A stretch of 64,000 nt of DNA from Podarcis erhardii (GCA_964252035.1 OZ176201.1), one strand, 5' to 3'. Shown: positions 1 through 13,375, numbered from the stretch's first letter. Notes: a model not told the origin generated them from the sequence alone. A program made the numbers and translations.

Positions 1-700
1 AAGACCACTCCAGTCTAATTTGAATTGGGGTGGGGTGGATTAAGAACTAAGTAATGCTCAAACGTGGACAAGCCCACTCTAAGATGGATCTGCTCTGCTG
101 ACCTTTGCAGATCATCTGTGGAAGGATAGCTCCAGTTCCTTTAATGATATATGCACTGGTCCACAAAATGTCAACACAGCTGCTGGCTAGTGCAATTAAA
201 CCAACATAATATTTTGGTTTATAATATAAACCAAATAATATAATATTTAACAAATTCTACAGTACGAAACAATGCACAACAGGGTATGCGCAACGTCCAT
301 CATCTAGATTTAATTCCTATTGCTTCCAATTTGTCTTATAACCTATGCTTGGAAATTAACTATTCTGGTGTTATAAGCCTATTCCACCTATCCGCATAGT
401 CCTGCTTTCTTCTATTTCAGAAACTACATAGGAGTGGCTTTCAGTCTGTGCTCTAGGGAATCCTTCTTGTAAACTGAAAGGCTGGTTAGAAATTCATTCA
501 TCAAATGAAATCAATTAACCCTGGGAAGTTTATTCCTCGTTTGTTGTCTTGTATCAGACATTCCTTCAGGTTGCAATGAAGGAGGGAAGCAGGGCCATTC
601 CATTAGCTCTGCTGAGAAACCAGCTCCATCAGGTTTCTCCCCGCATCAGCGGTCATTTAGTAGCAGCCATTCCGTCAGACTGTCCACAGAGGAAGAAGAA

Positions 701-777
701 ATGTATTTTTGGTTTCTATGGAAGCCGCCCAGAGTGGCTGGGGAGGCCCAGCCAGATGGGTGGGGTATAAATAATAA

Positions 778-820
<43 letters not shown>
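701..820 (+). mobile_element. L2 LINE 3' tail with (ATT)14 end
   Basis: GGAAGCCGCCCAGAGTGGCTGGGG...CCAGATGGG..GGGTATAAATAATAAA followed by (ATT)n. The same tail follows L2 ORF2 sequence at 17040-17125. Confidence 0.8.
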
Positions 821-821
<1 letters not shown>

Positions 822-3469
822 AGGAAGCAGAGCCACTCTGTCACTCAGTGGAAAAACCAGCAACTTTGGGTTCTTCCTCTACTTGAATTGGTATCAATGA
901 AACAAACAAATTTAAATAGTGGTACCCAGAGCTGCATCTAGTGACCTGTTCATAGACAGGAGACTTTCCTAATGTTCTGGAGTATCAATTCCATTAGCAA
1001 TAGCTTTGAAGGCCAAAAGACAAGCTATTTTCTTATACTGGCATACTCATATTATGAAACATATAGCCCACCTTTCCACCGAATATGATTCAGGTAGCTA
1101 ACAACAATAAAATAAACAAATGCAAAAATGCCATCACATAACGGAAATGCGAGACAGCTTTTGGAGACACCACTCACCACTCCAGGAACATTACCAGAGC
1201 CCAAGCATTTGAGGGGCTGACTGGCTGAGTCAGAATTGCAAGTTATTTACAAATGTTTTCTATTCATGCTTCTTTCCCTACTAGTAACTTGGGCGGGGGG
1301 AGGAAATAAAGAAATATATATGGCAATGGATCCTGTAAAGGACAAAGCGGGGGGGGGGGGAATGGGTTGAAGGAGAGAAAGGAAAGTAAAAGAAGTGAAT
1401 GTAATATATGTTAAATTACTATCCCAAATAATATCACCAAATATGACTTATCTATTATTAGGATAGGTTCAGAAAACAGACTGTCTCTTCGTATAAGCCA
1501 TTAACACAGCCTGCATCAGAGCATGAAACATGCCTCTCTCCTTCCCATCATCCTTTCCGTTGCTTTCCAACTCCTGACTGAAATTGGAACAGGAAGTGAT
1601 TTTGGAGGGGTGCATGAAAACAGGAAGTGACTTCAGGAAACTGGGAACCATTTGTTTGTTCTTTAGCCTGCATCACTATTATGCACGCATGTTTGGTAAC
1701 TGACATTGTCACCTAGAACAGGAAACTAGTCATAGAAAAGCACACATGACTCCGGCATTTATACAGGGGGGATGGAAAGAAACAGCCTTTAAATGCCAGC
1801 TAGTCATACATCAGGACTGGAGAGAAAGAAAAAAAAAATCATTCCAGAAAGGAAATATAGTGTAATGTCCAATGGAACCTCTCACACTTCAAAGCAACAC
1901 TTCATACACTTGGATCCACATATTTGTACTGGGATAGTGTACAGGGCCAAACTGTTCATAATGGCCCATTGAGTCTGGTAGTTGAATCGAGAGAAAGTAG
2001 GGGGCAGGTGAGTGGGGCGACTGAAAGCACAGCATAAGCAAGAGGGAAGAGTTGGACTCTTGTTGCCTATGTTTTTTACCCCTTAAATGTCCTACCTCAG
2101 CAGTCCCACCATCCCTGAGTGGCTTTATGAAATTCCAACCAGGAGAAAAATGGCTGAAGCACAGTAGTTTGGGGGCAAAAAATAAGGATAGGAAAAGGGT
2201 TCTCCCTGCCATTCCACCTCAAGTTCTCAATTCCAATTCCCACCCACCCCTTATATTTAGCAGGACCAAGGTGGTTCTGCCACTGCGACATCAAATTTAA
2301 TTTTCAGCAGTTTCACTGAATCTAGCTTAATGTGGGACAAAGTGCAGTTTAATAATCAGAATGCTGGCCTGAGTCTTAAAAACAGTTGTGATATATATTC
2401 TTATGGAATGGAGTTTGGAATGAATATTCTTGGGCATCTTCTGTGGTGGCACCCCAGTTACAGAATGTCTTTTGTCTTTTTGGCACTAACTCAAAATTCA
2501 TGTATTTCCTCAGCCATTTATAGAATGTCAGCAGTGAATTTATTTTGAAGAATGAAGATTGCTGTTATTTACTATATCACTAACACCAAATAAACATGGT
2601 TCCTGCTTGTTTTTATGGTAGTTTGGAATTTGATGCATTTATGTTCAGTATTTAAGTTCAGGTTAGAAATATTTTACATAAACATATACATATACATATA
2701 TATTCACTGCATTAAAATATTCCACTGTACTCTGCCTTCCATTCAGCTTGCTCATAGATGATCTCATTCCTCTATGAAGAAAGCCATGCTCTGACTCATG
2801 TAACTGTCTTTAAACAACCACAGTCGACAATACCTTCTAATTTAATGTTCACCTTTTAAATCACTCTATTGAATAAGCATACATTCAGTGCTGAATTCAC
2901 TGAAAGCAATGCAAATTTAGATCATTATTATCACTGTCTCTAGTATTCCTTCCTTTGCACATTCATATAACGTTTGTCCCCAAATTTGCCAGTGCCATTC
3001 ACATAAATCTGGTGAATTCTTAACCTTTGAGTAACGTCAGCCATATTAGGAGTACATGACAGCTATGGAAGTTTCACACTCTGCAGCCTTCATTTCTTCA
3101 GAGTCCTCCCCCCCACCCCCCGCATTGTGAACTATTTTTTATTTCATGTGAATGTATTCAGAAATGTCAGTCTTCACATTTTATACCTCTCTCAAGTATC
3201 ATAATTGGCAGTAAGGATCTTAACAGGTTATCCAAAACTGGCTTTGGTTTTTCATATAAACGTATAGATAAGACAAAAACTGATTACTAAATGTGTAATC
3301 ATTTAGCTGCATAACTAACTGACCACACGATGGAAGTCAACTCACAGTTTGGCTTCATGCTGCAAAATCAGCTAAAACGGTTTGGCCTAAGAAGGCTCCC
3401 TCGCATGAGCTCAAGGTGCTTCTACCTCTTTCCAACGCAGAAAGGACAAAGAGAAACATGTGTCCTCAC

Positions 3470-3611
3470 CTTGTTCCTTCCTTCCACAAACTCTGTCCAG
3501 GTGTCAATGCTTTCAATGGCATTCACAGCATCCAGCTGCGACACATCCTTCCAGTCCTTACACTCGGGCATCCGGTCTCGCTGATGGCGCCGGACAGTCC
3601 TCCTCCTGCTC
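3470..3611 (-). CDS. FLT4: FLT4 exon 11 ([47 protein letters not shown])
   Basis: 142 nt with TAG acceptor and AAG|GTGAGG donor. IES[13 protein letters not shown] is conserved in VEGFR3. The exact acceptor is slightly uncertain (in-frame CAG 6 nt downstream). Confidence 0.93.
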
Positions 3612-5240
3612 CTATTTATCCAGAAGCCATGAAAGAAGAAGAGACAGAGAGAAACAGGAGATTTGGTTAGCCAATAAAAGACGTTACTGGGAAGATTACA
3701 GGGCATACAATGCTGCCTCTAATATAATTAGGAGGAGAGGGAAAATGCCTAAGGGGGAGCACGAGGTGGCCTTATAAAACTTTGCATGGTTCAGAGAAAA
3801 CGGATAAAGAGAAAATGTTCTCCCTCTCCCACAGTATGAGAAATCAAGGATCGCCAGTGATAGCAAGAGAGTCAGAAGAGATGGAATATAAGCACTTCTC
3901 TTCATGTAGTGAACAATTCGCTCCATTTCATGTGGTGATAACCACTAGCTTAGATTGCTTTAAAAAGGGGTAAAAAATGAAAGGATATTTCATATACAGC
4001 TATCAGATTGTTATATGGAGCCAGCAGCAGTTGGTGGGGTGGTAAGGTCCAGAAAGCTCAAGGTAGTGCAGGCAGGGTGATGTGTGGCAAGAGCACTGGA
4101 CTGGCTCCTTTGCCATGCCTGCACAGTTAAGCTCCCTGCACCTTGCCCCTCCCTCTGCCTGGAACCCTGACCATATGGGGTGCCAGTGTCTGGGGAGCAA
4201 AAGCAGGAGAAGAATATAGCCTTCATGCTGTGTGGATGCGCGTGTTAGATATATGGTGTGCACACAACCTGAAAGAGTTTTTAATGTGGGAGGTCAGGGG
4301 ATTGATATGCATCTAAGGGACACTGACTGAGAGTTAAGAGAGAATATGCTACAGGGTGTGGCATCCTGCAACATGTGTCAGAAGGTGTCTGCTGGAAAGT
4401 CGGGTTCAAATGTAATGCAATGTGGGTACCTGGATAAAGTGTCTGCACTGCTGTGTATGCAGTAGACCAGGTATGGACAACTGGTGGCCCAAAACATTTC
4501 TGAGAGTGTTGGATAGTTCTGGCACCCAAATTAACATCTGGCAGATAGTGTGCTCCTCCGCCCAAACAACTTGCCTTCATTAGAGAAGATGAGGGGACAG
4601 ATGTTTAGCACACTCAGTGTACCATAACAAGAGTGAGAATCTGTTTAAACAACAGGAAATCATGATGCATCCTCTGAAGCTGGGATAAGCATAAAGATTG
4701 TGGCCTTGGGAGACAGTGCTAATAATTCAACAACTCCTCTCCTTCCTGACAAGGCCACAAAGCATTCTGATGGGACTGGAAATGCCCTTGTTTCCTCAGC
4801 CAGTCAAACAGTACATTTACGGCATCAGTATTTTTATAGATGCCCCACTTCCTCCTGGGTCAATAATGCTTCCCTGTCACATTCCTCTCTATCTTAGAGG
4901 CCTCTTTCTATCTTTCTTTCTCAATAATAATAGACCTTTGCTGTAAAATGTCCTGCCAGCAGTACCCAAAGGAACAGGAGGCAGCTTGTCTCCTGCACAA
5001 TAACCATTCAGACAGAGATAGAGGTCATATAAATTGTCCTTGTTTCTAAGGGCAGTTCCACAACTACTTTCGCCACATCCAGAGTCTGTCACACCTGGTC
5101 AAACAGGGCCTCCATGAGGAAAAGAACCTCTAGCACTACTGCCTCTTCCAAACTGGTGCATGCTGAATACTACTGCAAATCACCACAAGCTTCTCCAGTC
5201 AACCAGCAAGAGAAAAAGGAAAATTATGGGGCACCCACAA

Positions 5241-6163
5241 GAGATGCAGGTGGCACTGTGGTCTAAACCACATAGCCTAGGGCTTGCTGATCGGAAGGTT
5301 GGCGGTTCAAATCCCCATGACGGGGTGAGCTCCTGTTGCTCAGTCCCAGCTCCTGTCAACCTAGTAGTTCAAAAGCACGTCAAGTGCGAGTAGATAAATA
5401 GGTACCGCTTCCGTGGGAAGGTAAACAGCTTTTCCATGTGCTGCTCTGGCCACATGCTGGCCACATGACCCAGAAAAACTGTCTGTGGACAAACGTCAGC
5501 TCCCTCGGCCAGTAAAGCATACCAGTCCCTTATTCTAGCGCCATGTCCCGCTGCTGTCCCTTATTGATAGATGTCCCTTAAATGTCCCTTAAATGATGTC
5601 CCTTAAATTTCAAAGGAAGCAGCTCCTCCCCTCCCTCCCTGCCGGCCAGGGAGGATCCAACTGTGTTGCTTGGCTGTGTTGCTCACCCAATAAGAAGTCT
5701 AAGAACGACTGGGGGGGGGGGAGCTAGCATGCCTTGTGTGTGGCTAGTTAATGCAAGCTGAGGGGGTTTTTGAATGCTGGACGCCATTTTGTTGCACGTG
5801 TTGCTGCAAACTTTGCAGTGCAAAGCCAGACTGGGGAGTCATCTTAAGTTGAGGCTGCATAGGCCTTGTGGTGCATGTAATTCAGATTCTATTCAGTTGA
5901 ACCTCTGGTTACAAAGTTGGTTGGACAGTGTTCTCGAAGCTACCAGCATGAGTTTGACCAGACTGCAGGACAGGAAGACTGGAGTGCCTGGAACAGGTGA
6001 GGCTGCAGGTCCCTAATTTTGGCTGCTGGTCCCTTATTTTCAAGGCTGCTGGTCCCTTATTTTCAAATCTGTAAGTTGACAGCTGTGCAGTAAAGTGAGA
6101 TGAGTGCTGCAACCCCAGAGTCGTTCACAACTGGACTTAACTGTCAGGGGTCCTTTACCTTTT
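5241..6163 (+). mobile_element. Sauria SINE, split in two (5241-5517 and 6088-6163) by a nested insertion
   Basis: Head GTGGCACTGTGGTCTAAACCAC...CTAGGGCTTGCTGATCGGAAGGTTGGCGGTTCAAATCCCC, body GTAGATAAATAGGTACCGC, and tail GTCAGGGGTCCTTTACCTTT recognised as the squamate Sauria SINE. Confidence 0.85.
5518..6087. mobile_element. Non-autonomous hAT-like DNA element nested in the Sauria SINE
   Basis: 8-bp TSD CAGTAAAG (5510-5517, 6088-6095). Ends CATAC...GTTGACAGCTGTG, with repeated GTCCCTTA subterminal motifs at both ends. Confidence 0.75.
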
Positions 6164-7489
6164 TAGCAGCCTCCACAGCTCTTTGGGCTACATTGCTTGG
6201 GACAGGGAAAATAAGCACCCTGCATCTCACCCAGTTGAAGCACAGATACTAAACAGTCTGGGAGAAAACAAGCAGTTCAAGCCTTTCTTAGCAAGCTGCC
6301 CAAGTTTCCTTGGAGACAGGCCTACTTCACATTCTCAGAACTGTGACACTAAGGGGTTTGTTTTGGAGTTAAAATGCTGAAGACCAGTAAAATTCTCATT
6401 TATTAAATGGCTGCTGCCCTATGTTTCAATTCTGTGTTAATGTTTCCAAGAACTGTTTCCCTCCACAGAGTTGAAACAAAGTGGACCACTTTGTTTCGTA
6501 TTCTTGTTCTCTCTTTCTCTCACACATTCTTCTCCGAATCTAATGGGCTTTTTTTTTATCTCTCTGCTTCTTGATGTAGTCACAGGCAGCTTGGAGTCCA
6601 AAACCTTTTATGAGTCTTCCTATCACTTAGTATTACAACAGCTCCATACATTCTGCCTTATGACTTTAACTTGCGTGAATCTGCTACTTCTACATTCACT
6701 CAGCTTTTACTGAAGCTTCATCGTCACTTTGAATCAAATATGATCTTGGGGTCACACAGAGGTATAGTGTGTGGGGAGCATGGCCCTGGGCACAGTTTTG
6801 AGAGGGGCATGACTAGGCGCCCCTCCCAGACTCCCTTATTGGGCCTGGCTCCAGCTCCTGGGCCAGGTCTGACCCGGAAGGCGGAGAGGAGGAGGATAGT
6901 CACAGCAGCAGTGTTGCTGCCCCTCTCCTCGGCCGGGCAGTGCTGTGTGAGGATGCTGCCAAGGCAGCATTATCATGCCTGGCTGGGTGCAGCAGGCTCC
7001 CACCGCCCCTGCCCCCTTAGGGCATGCCCTACGCACCCAATTTAGGTGGCAGGAGCGTACATTCCACTGCTGGGGTAACATACTGTTCAGTCATTTTTGC
7101 AGGCTTTCACACTTTACTTTGACAGATTTGCGATTTCAAGCTTCTGCCTTTGTGGAATTTACTGAAGTAACATAGGTTCTTTGTGTGGGATAACCAGCCT
7201 CATATAACCAACTTGCTTAAGTCTAATTAATACATGAAGGGGTTAATACCATAGAGTAAGCTGTTTTGCCAGGCTTAGTTATGCCCACTTCCCCTCACCT
7301 TGGGGAGAACTAGGTAATCAAGCCTATCGTTTCTTCCTAGTCTGTGGGAGAAGCTCAGCATGTGAAGAGGCTAAGCTGGTTGCTCCAACTTAGCCACATG
7401 GCTCTAACAAGCCACTCTTGAGTTCCTATACCAATAGTTTGGGAACTTTCACTACTGTAACTAATCCAGGTTTTACTGCCTGTGCAGCT

Positions 7490-7870
7490 TTTTCTTTTTC
7501 TTTTTTTCTTTTTTTAAAAATATTTTTTATTAAGGATTTTCTTGTTTTACAGAAGTGTAGTGCCTCGTATTTTTTTCCCCTTCTTCTTCTTCTTCCATGT
7601 AACGTTTTTACAAATCCGTTTCATAGAAACACCGCCACCCGACCCCACCCCCATCCATCCTCCCTCTCCCCACCCCCGCTTTCTTTTTTCTTTCTGTTTT
7701 CTTCTCCCAAATTTGGATTTTGGCATCTAGGGAATTCTTTATACAGTATACCCCTTTTTTCATTGCACCAACACTTTGGGGTCCAAACATATTCTTATCT
7801 AGTTTTATTTTCAACAACGACTGGATCATCTCACTCTGCATTCTGACTATTAAAAAAACCCCTTTATCTA
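7490..7870 (-). mobile_element. Probable L1 3' end fragment
   Basis: T-rich tail TTTTAAAAATATTTTTTATTAAGGATTTTCTTG resembles, inverted, the A-rich end at 44040-44118. Family assignment from memory. Confidence 0.45.
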
Positions 7871-10492
7871 TTAGCACTACTAGAACCTTCTGAGGTGCAT
7901 GAATTATACAGCATTACTCATATAGATTTGTTTTTATGAGATATTGTTCTGGTAAGCAACAAGGGCATTGAAACACATCTTTGTAAAACTTTGTATCAGA
8001 CTCCCATCGATCTTTCTAAGTCTGTTTCTGTTAAATAGAGTATTAAACGCCTTAGATGCCACTTCCTACCTAGACATTTTCTGGCAGCTACATAAATTTT
8101 CTGCAGGAAAAACCCACACACATTGAAAACCTCACAACTCTGCCATTGTAATAATTTCTGCCTTCATTGTCCCTGCAGACAAGCAGCAGGCAAGTTTTGA
8201 GTTCTGCCACTAGCATGCTCAGAAACAAATCTCTTGAAGAGGCTAACAAATCTCTACAGCTTCCTAAGATGGTGCAAACTGCACCAGGCAAAGCAGCTTT
8301 GGTTTGATAGATATCTGTGAAGACTGAAGAGCCACTTATTTATAGGTGATTCTTCATGTTAGACCACTGCATGTCTCGTTCTTTTTCTGTCAAATGGCTG
8401 AGTTGAGTCCACTTTACAAATTGCCTTTTCATGCAGCTGCTGGCCTGTTCATGTTTGTGAACAATTGCTTCTCAGCTCTACTTTAAACTAGGCCTAGATC
8501 CTAACAAGTTTTCAGACACGGAAGGGCCAAACTTGAAATTGATGTAGGAGTTATGGGCTCAGGTTCTCCAGCTTTTAAAAATATTTAAAAGTAGCCACAG
8601 GGCCCCTCGTTCAGATTGTCACTGTCATGTTGTGGGGAAATTGTTTTGCTTTTTAACACCCCTGTGCCTGCATTAAATTTCCCTGATTTAAATCAACTCT
8701 GAGGGCAAAAATGTACTGTACATCTACCCATACAGTACTGCTATGTTCTCCCTTCCCAAACACAGCAGTTTCAATCCAAATATGAGCCCTCTGTAGCTGC
8801 TTGTCTTTCTTTGGAAAAATGAGACATCCAGTTCTTGAATCTCCCATGGCATGCCTAGTTTGGACCTAAGCCAATAGTTCAGTCCTCAGTGGCCAGAGAA
8901 ATCAAAGAAAAAGCACTAGCAGGATAATTCTATGCAGGAGTAATCAGCAACATTTTTACATATTCAACACCAGAAGAAAAACCTGTCTAAACCCCTGCTC
9001 TTAACCCTGCTCCTTTGTGTTGCTCTGTGAGAAATCTAAAATGCACCCCCATGGCACAATTAGTTGCTAGAGAAGCATGGAATCTCTTTTCCAGTAGTCA
9101 GGTTTCATGCCACCCCAGTCACACCCATAAGGAGGGAGAATTTTGTGGGCCAAATGAATAGCCCCCTCTCTTGGGACTAGAAGATGCAGGCAGGAGGGTA
9201 AACCTCATTGTCTGCTCCACTCATATGAATAAAAAACTGATGCTCTTGCACAAGGACCACCATTTGTACTTTCACCTACAGATGCTGGACAATAATACCT
9301 CTCTGAGATCAAGGTGATAATACCAGCTTATTATGACATTTGAATTAGGTCTTATTCATAGGTTTTAAAGTGAAGGAACAGCTGTATTTAGCTCTTGGCC
9401 AACATTATTTATGGCATGCCCTTCAAATGGACAGGTACTCACACCACTCTCCATGCCACTACAAATGTTCTCCAAAAGGCAGTGTGGATAAATATTGTCC
9501 TGTAAGTGCAAGAAGCCACTGCACACAAATGGCTTCATTTCTGTTACTGTAAGTTGTTTTAATCCATTTTTAACATTGTGTTTTAATTGTTGTAGCCTGT
9601 CCTGGCACCTTAAAGTGAAGGGTAGGCAAGTAACAGCAGCAACAGCAACAGCAACAGTTAGCAACAGCAACACGGAGGCTACCCATTTTGATTTGGGTCC
9701 AAATCCAAATTTGCAAGGAACAAATAGGAAAACAAAAAACGGTTTCATTTTTAATGGACTTGCATTAAATTTCAAGGCTTAGTGGATAAAGCCTGCCAAA
9801 TAGTTCCATTAGTTTTTGTACTAGGCACCTTTAAAAACAAAACCAGAATTGTCTACAATTATTTTACCTTTTGGCAGAAGTGTATGAAATTTGCTCTCTT
9901 GTTTGCCTTTTCTGAGAGGATGTACTCTGGCACTTTTTAATCTAGCCATAGTGGTTTTCCTGCAAGTGGTTTTCCATTTTAGGATGGTCAAAAAAGAAAT
10001 CACTTAAGTTCCCCTCTTATTTTGTATGCAATCTGTATGCAAATAGCATACACCAGACAGCCCCCTCTTTGTAAGAAACCTGCCAAAATACAAAATGTTT
10101 TTTTGTGCTGGGTGCTTTTTGAGGATGGGAAGAACTAAAAGGGATTTGCTTCTCTCCCTCTGGTTTTGTGGGCAACTATTTTATTATGAAAATGGCATAC
10201 TTTCCTAGGGACACCTCTACAACATAACCAGCAATATTTTAAATATCCAAATAACTGAAGTGCCCTAAATCCCACTTCGGTTTGGGGCATACTGAAGAGA
10301 TACCACTTTAGCTCGGAGATGCCTGAAATCTGTCCGAAGTAGCCCGCTTTGGCATTCATCCAATGCACATCCCTAGTGACCCTCTTGCGGTGACCATCTC
10401 ATATGCATTTGCATGAAGAAACATGCCAAGGTCTTCCTCCCTTGCTGCAGCATCAAGAACACGGCAAAGATCAAAGGAGGCCAGTCACTTAC

Positions 10493-10655
10493 AGATTGTG
10501 ACGGGAGAACATTGGGCAGGGTGTCCAAGGCCTCCACTGCCACTGGATCTTCTCTGGTGCTGGGATGCCATACACAGTGCAGGTGAGCACCTGTCGGCTT
10601 TTACGGGAATAGATGTTGGGTGAAGTTGCTTCTTTCTCATGGATTTGTGGAGGAA
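10493..10655 (-). CDS. FLT4: FLT4 exon 10 ([55 protein letters not shown])
   Basis: 163 nt with TTTCAG acceptor and CT|GTAAGT donor. VPPQIHEKE and WRPWTPC motifs of VEGFR3 D5. Confidence 0.97.
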
Positions 10656-12275
10656 CTGAAATAAGAAGAATGTTGATGTATCAGCCTTGTAAGTAATAAC
10701 TGTTCTGGGATGGTTGCCTCTGCTGCTCTCTCTGCCAATAATCACCCACACTATCTCCGTCAATCTTCTCCCTCCCCTCCCAACCTCGTGTTGCTGCTGT
10801 GTAGTAGTAGTAATTATACTCCTTCCTCTCCCTTAGAATTGCTCTAGGTCCCAGCAGCACTGATGTCACTGCAGCTTACCTGGGCAGGGCTGGAGTGGGG
10901 CAGCAATGTCAGGGTGGGATCACCTGATTGGTTCAGCTGGTGCTCCTGTACAGCCTCAACCTCACCAGTGCCGTGTTCTGTCCAAAAGTGCCTCACCCAG
11001 TGGGGTGGAGCTGCAACACTAGCTTCCCAGCAGCAAGGTTGTTGCTGCTTACCAGGCGAGAGTGGGGAAGGGGTGGGGAGGTTCCATACAGGTGCAATGT
11101 AAGTGATGCTGGCATTGTGAGGGTGGATCTGCAGCTCCACCCCACCCCACAGGCCAATGCTGGTGCTGCCTTCTATTAAGCAGGATAGCACTATGGAGGC
11201 AGTGTACGTTGGTCTTTCCCTGCCCCTGTTGGAAGTCATTGTTTTGAGGAAGAGAATGACACATCATTGCTTGAGGGCAACTGTTACAGGAGAGCAAGCA
11301 AATGCTGAACTACCAGCAGGTAATGTACAATTACCTGGCACACCTCTCATTTAAGAAATTATCTACTAAATGCAATGGATAAAATAACCTGAGCTTAAGT
11401 TATGGGTGCATTTAGAGTACGGCTGGGTGGGCGTCAGGCTTGCGAGATCTACTTTGTTTTCTACTACAACTTCAAGGACCACCAACCGGAACCAGGTGCA
11501 AATTAGTGGATCAGGTACGTGGATGTAAGTTCAGAATTAAGGAACAAGGAGCCTCTGAGCACATGCTCAGTCTAGGAATGAATGAGCAGTTCCCATAACC
11601 AAGCTCACAAGTCCTTCACACAAAACACCCATTCATTGGGTGGAATTCAATACTGCACTATTATAGACTTCCAAGTGTGCAAGCAATTCAGCTTGCCGAA
11701 TGACCCCCCTCTTCTCCCTCAGTGTGCTGTTCTTGGAGTTCTTCAGCCCCCTCTGAACCAAGTTCATGGTGGGTGGGAGGAGAGGTGGGGAAGTCCCACT
11801 GCACAGGCAAAAGTCCTTGTTCAGGGCTTCTGCTGACAGGGATTGTTAGGAGAATCCTGCTCCTGGTGTTCTTTTTCAACTAATTTGGTGCATGGGGGTG
11901 AGGGTGTGCAGAGTTTAAACTGTTGCTATTGTTAGACAGCTGGGAATCAGAAGCCCTTGCTGATCTACTGCAAATCATCCAAAGGTCTGCCATTAGATCC
12001 CAATCTACCTTCTGCCCAATCCTAATTTAAAACACCGGGAAGTTATTTTCTTCCTCTATAAACACTACAGTGATGTGACTGCCAGGCATGTTATGGATGC
12101 TGGACTAGCTCCAGGAAAACTCACTTATTGCAATTCTTTCTTGTGCATTGACATCATGGAGTCAGAAGACTGCAGATCCTTTGGTAGCCTGAATGAGACA
12201 CCCCCCCCCCCAATTTTACTCCTCATACCCCTCCCACATTTCACTCTTCTGTCTGCTGCTATTGAGGGCCAAATA

Positions 12276-12528
12276 CAGGGGTCAGCAACCTTTTTCAGCC
12301 ATGGGCCAGTCCACTGTCCCTCAGACCATGTTGTGGGCCAGACTATATTTCGAAAAGAAAAAAAAAAAAATGAACGAATTCCTATGCCCCACAAATAACC
12401 CAGATAAATAAATAAAAGGACACATTCTACTCATGTAAAAACACGCTGATTCCCGGACCATCCACGGGCCAGATTGAGAAGGCAATTGGGCCGCATCCGG
12501 CTGCTAGGCCTTAGGTTGCCTACCCCTG
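12276..12528. mobile_element. hAT-type MITE (253 bp)
   Basis: TIRs CAGGGGTCAGCAAC / GTTGCCTACCCCTG and perfect 8-bp TSD GCCAAATA (12268-12275, 12529-12536). Confidence 0.88.
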
Positions 12529-13375
12529 GCCAAATACAATGTGACCCAGACTGGTGGTGCTGAATCCCTACAAAGCAGAGAAGGGAGGGGAGGGGGGATT
12601 TAATGTGCGGGCGGGGGGGGGGGGAGAAGTGAAATTGTTTCCCCCACCTCCAAATTACCTTTTAGCCTTTCCTTGGCAATAGTAACAAAGCCCCAATGAA
12701 AGAGAACTTTGTTTAGAATGCAGTGTCAGTGGGGGTGGGAACATGGAGGTGGGAGAAGATTTCAGTTTCTCCCACCTGTCTGCACTAAACCTTTTTATAT
12801 AGGGATTTTGGTGGCAATCAAATCCTGAGACATGGATCTGCTGCCATTATGTGCAGTAGGAAACGGTATTTGAACAGAGGGTCCCCCCATTCCAAACCTG
12901 ACACCCTTTCTTTGCCCTACTCATCATATTATATTTTATTTTTTTATTTAAAAAAACCCATTGACCCAATGGCATTCATTTTATAACTTTCTGATCTGAA
13001 AGGACAGAGAAGTCCCAGAGAGGGAAAGATAACACAAACCGATAAGGAGTCATTCTAGATGCAATGTCATCCTCATTGTTCAGCCTTGTGTGGGGAGAAG
13101 AAGGGTTCCAACCCTTTTGCCCTTGCCATGTTCCCAGACAGAGCCAGCTCCCCTCTTGCCAATGACAGCTCCCCTCCCATTGTGAATAGGATGCACATGG
13201 GGCCAATTTGGACTGGGGCCAGGGGTGAGGGGCAAAGGACTATGGCCTCCATCCTCTATAGCACGGACTTGTTAAAATAAACAACCACACAAGTCTAAAT
13301 GACATCAGGTACAAACATCTGTCGAACTGTACAGGGTTTCAGGACATTCCTCTCCCATTAGTCCAACCTCCTTAC

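Noticed and set aside
675-886. Poly-Ile / poly-Leu ORFs (also poly-Asn/Leu at 62116-62418)
   Set aside because: Translations of trinucleotide microsatellites.
1-3469. Search for FLT4 exon 12 (TVSKL...MYKC...)
   Set aside because: No matching sequence found by eye; it probably lies beyond the left edge of the window.
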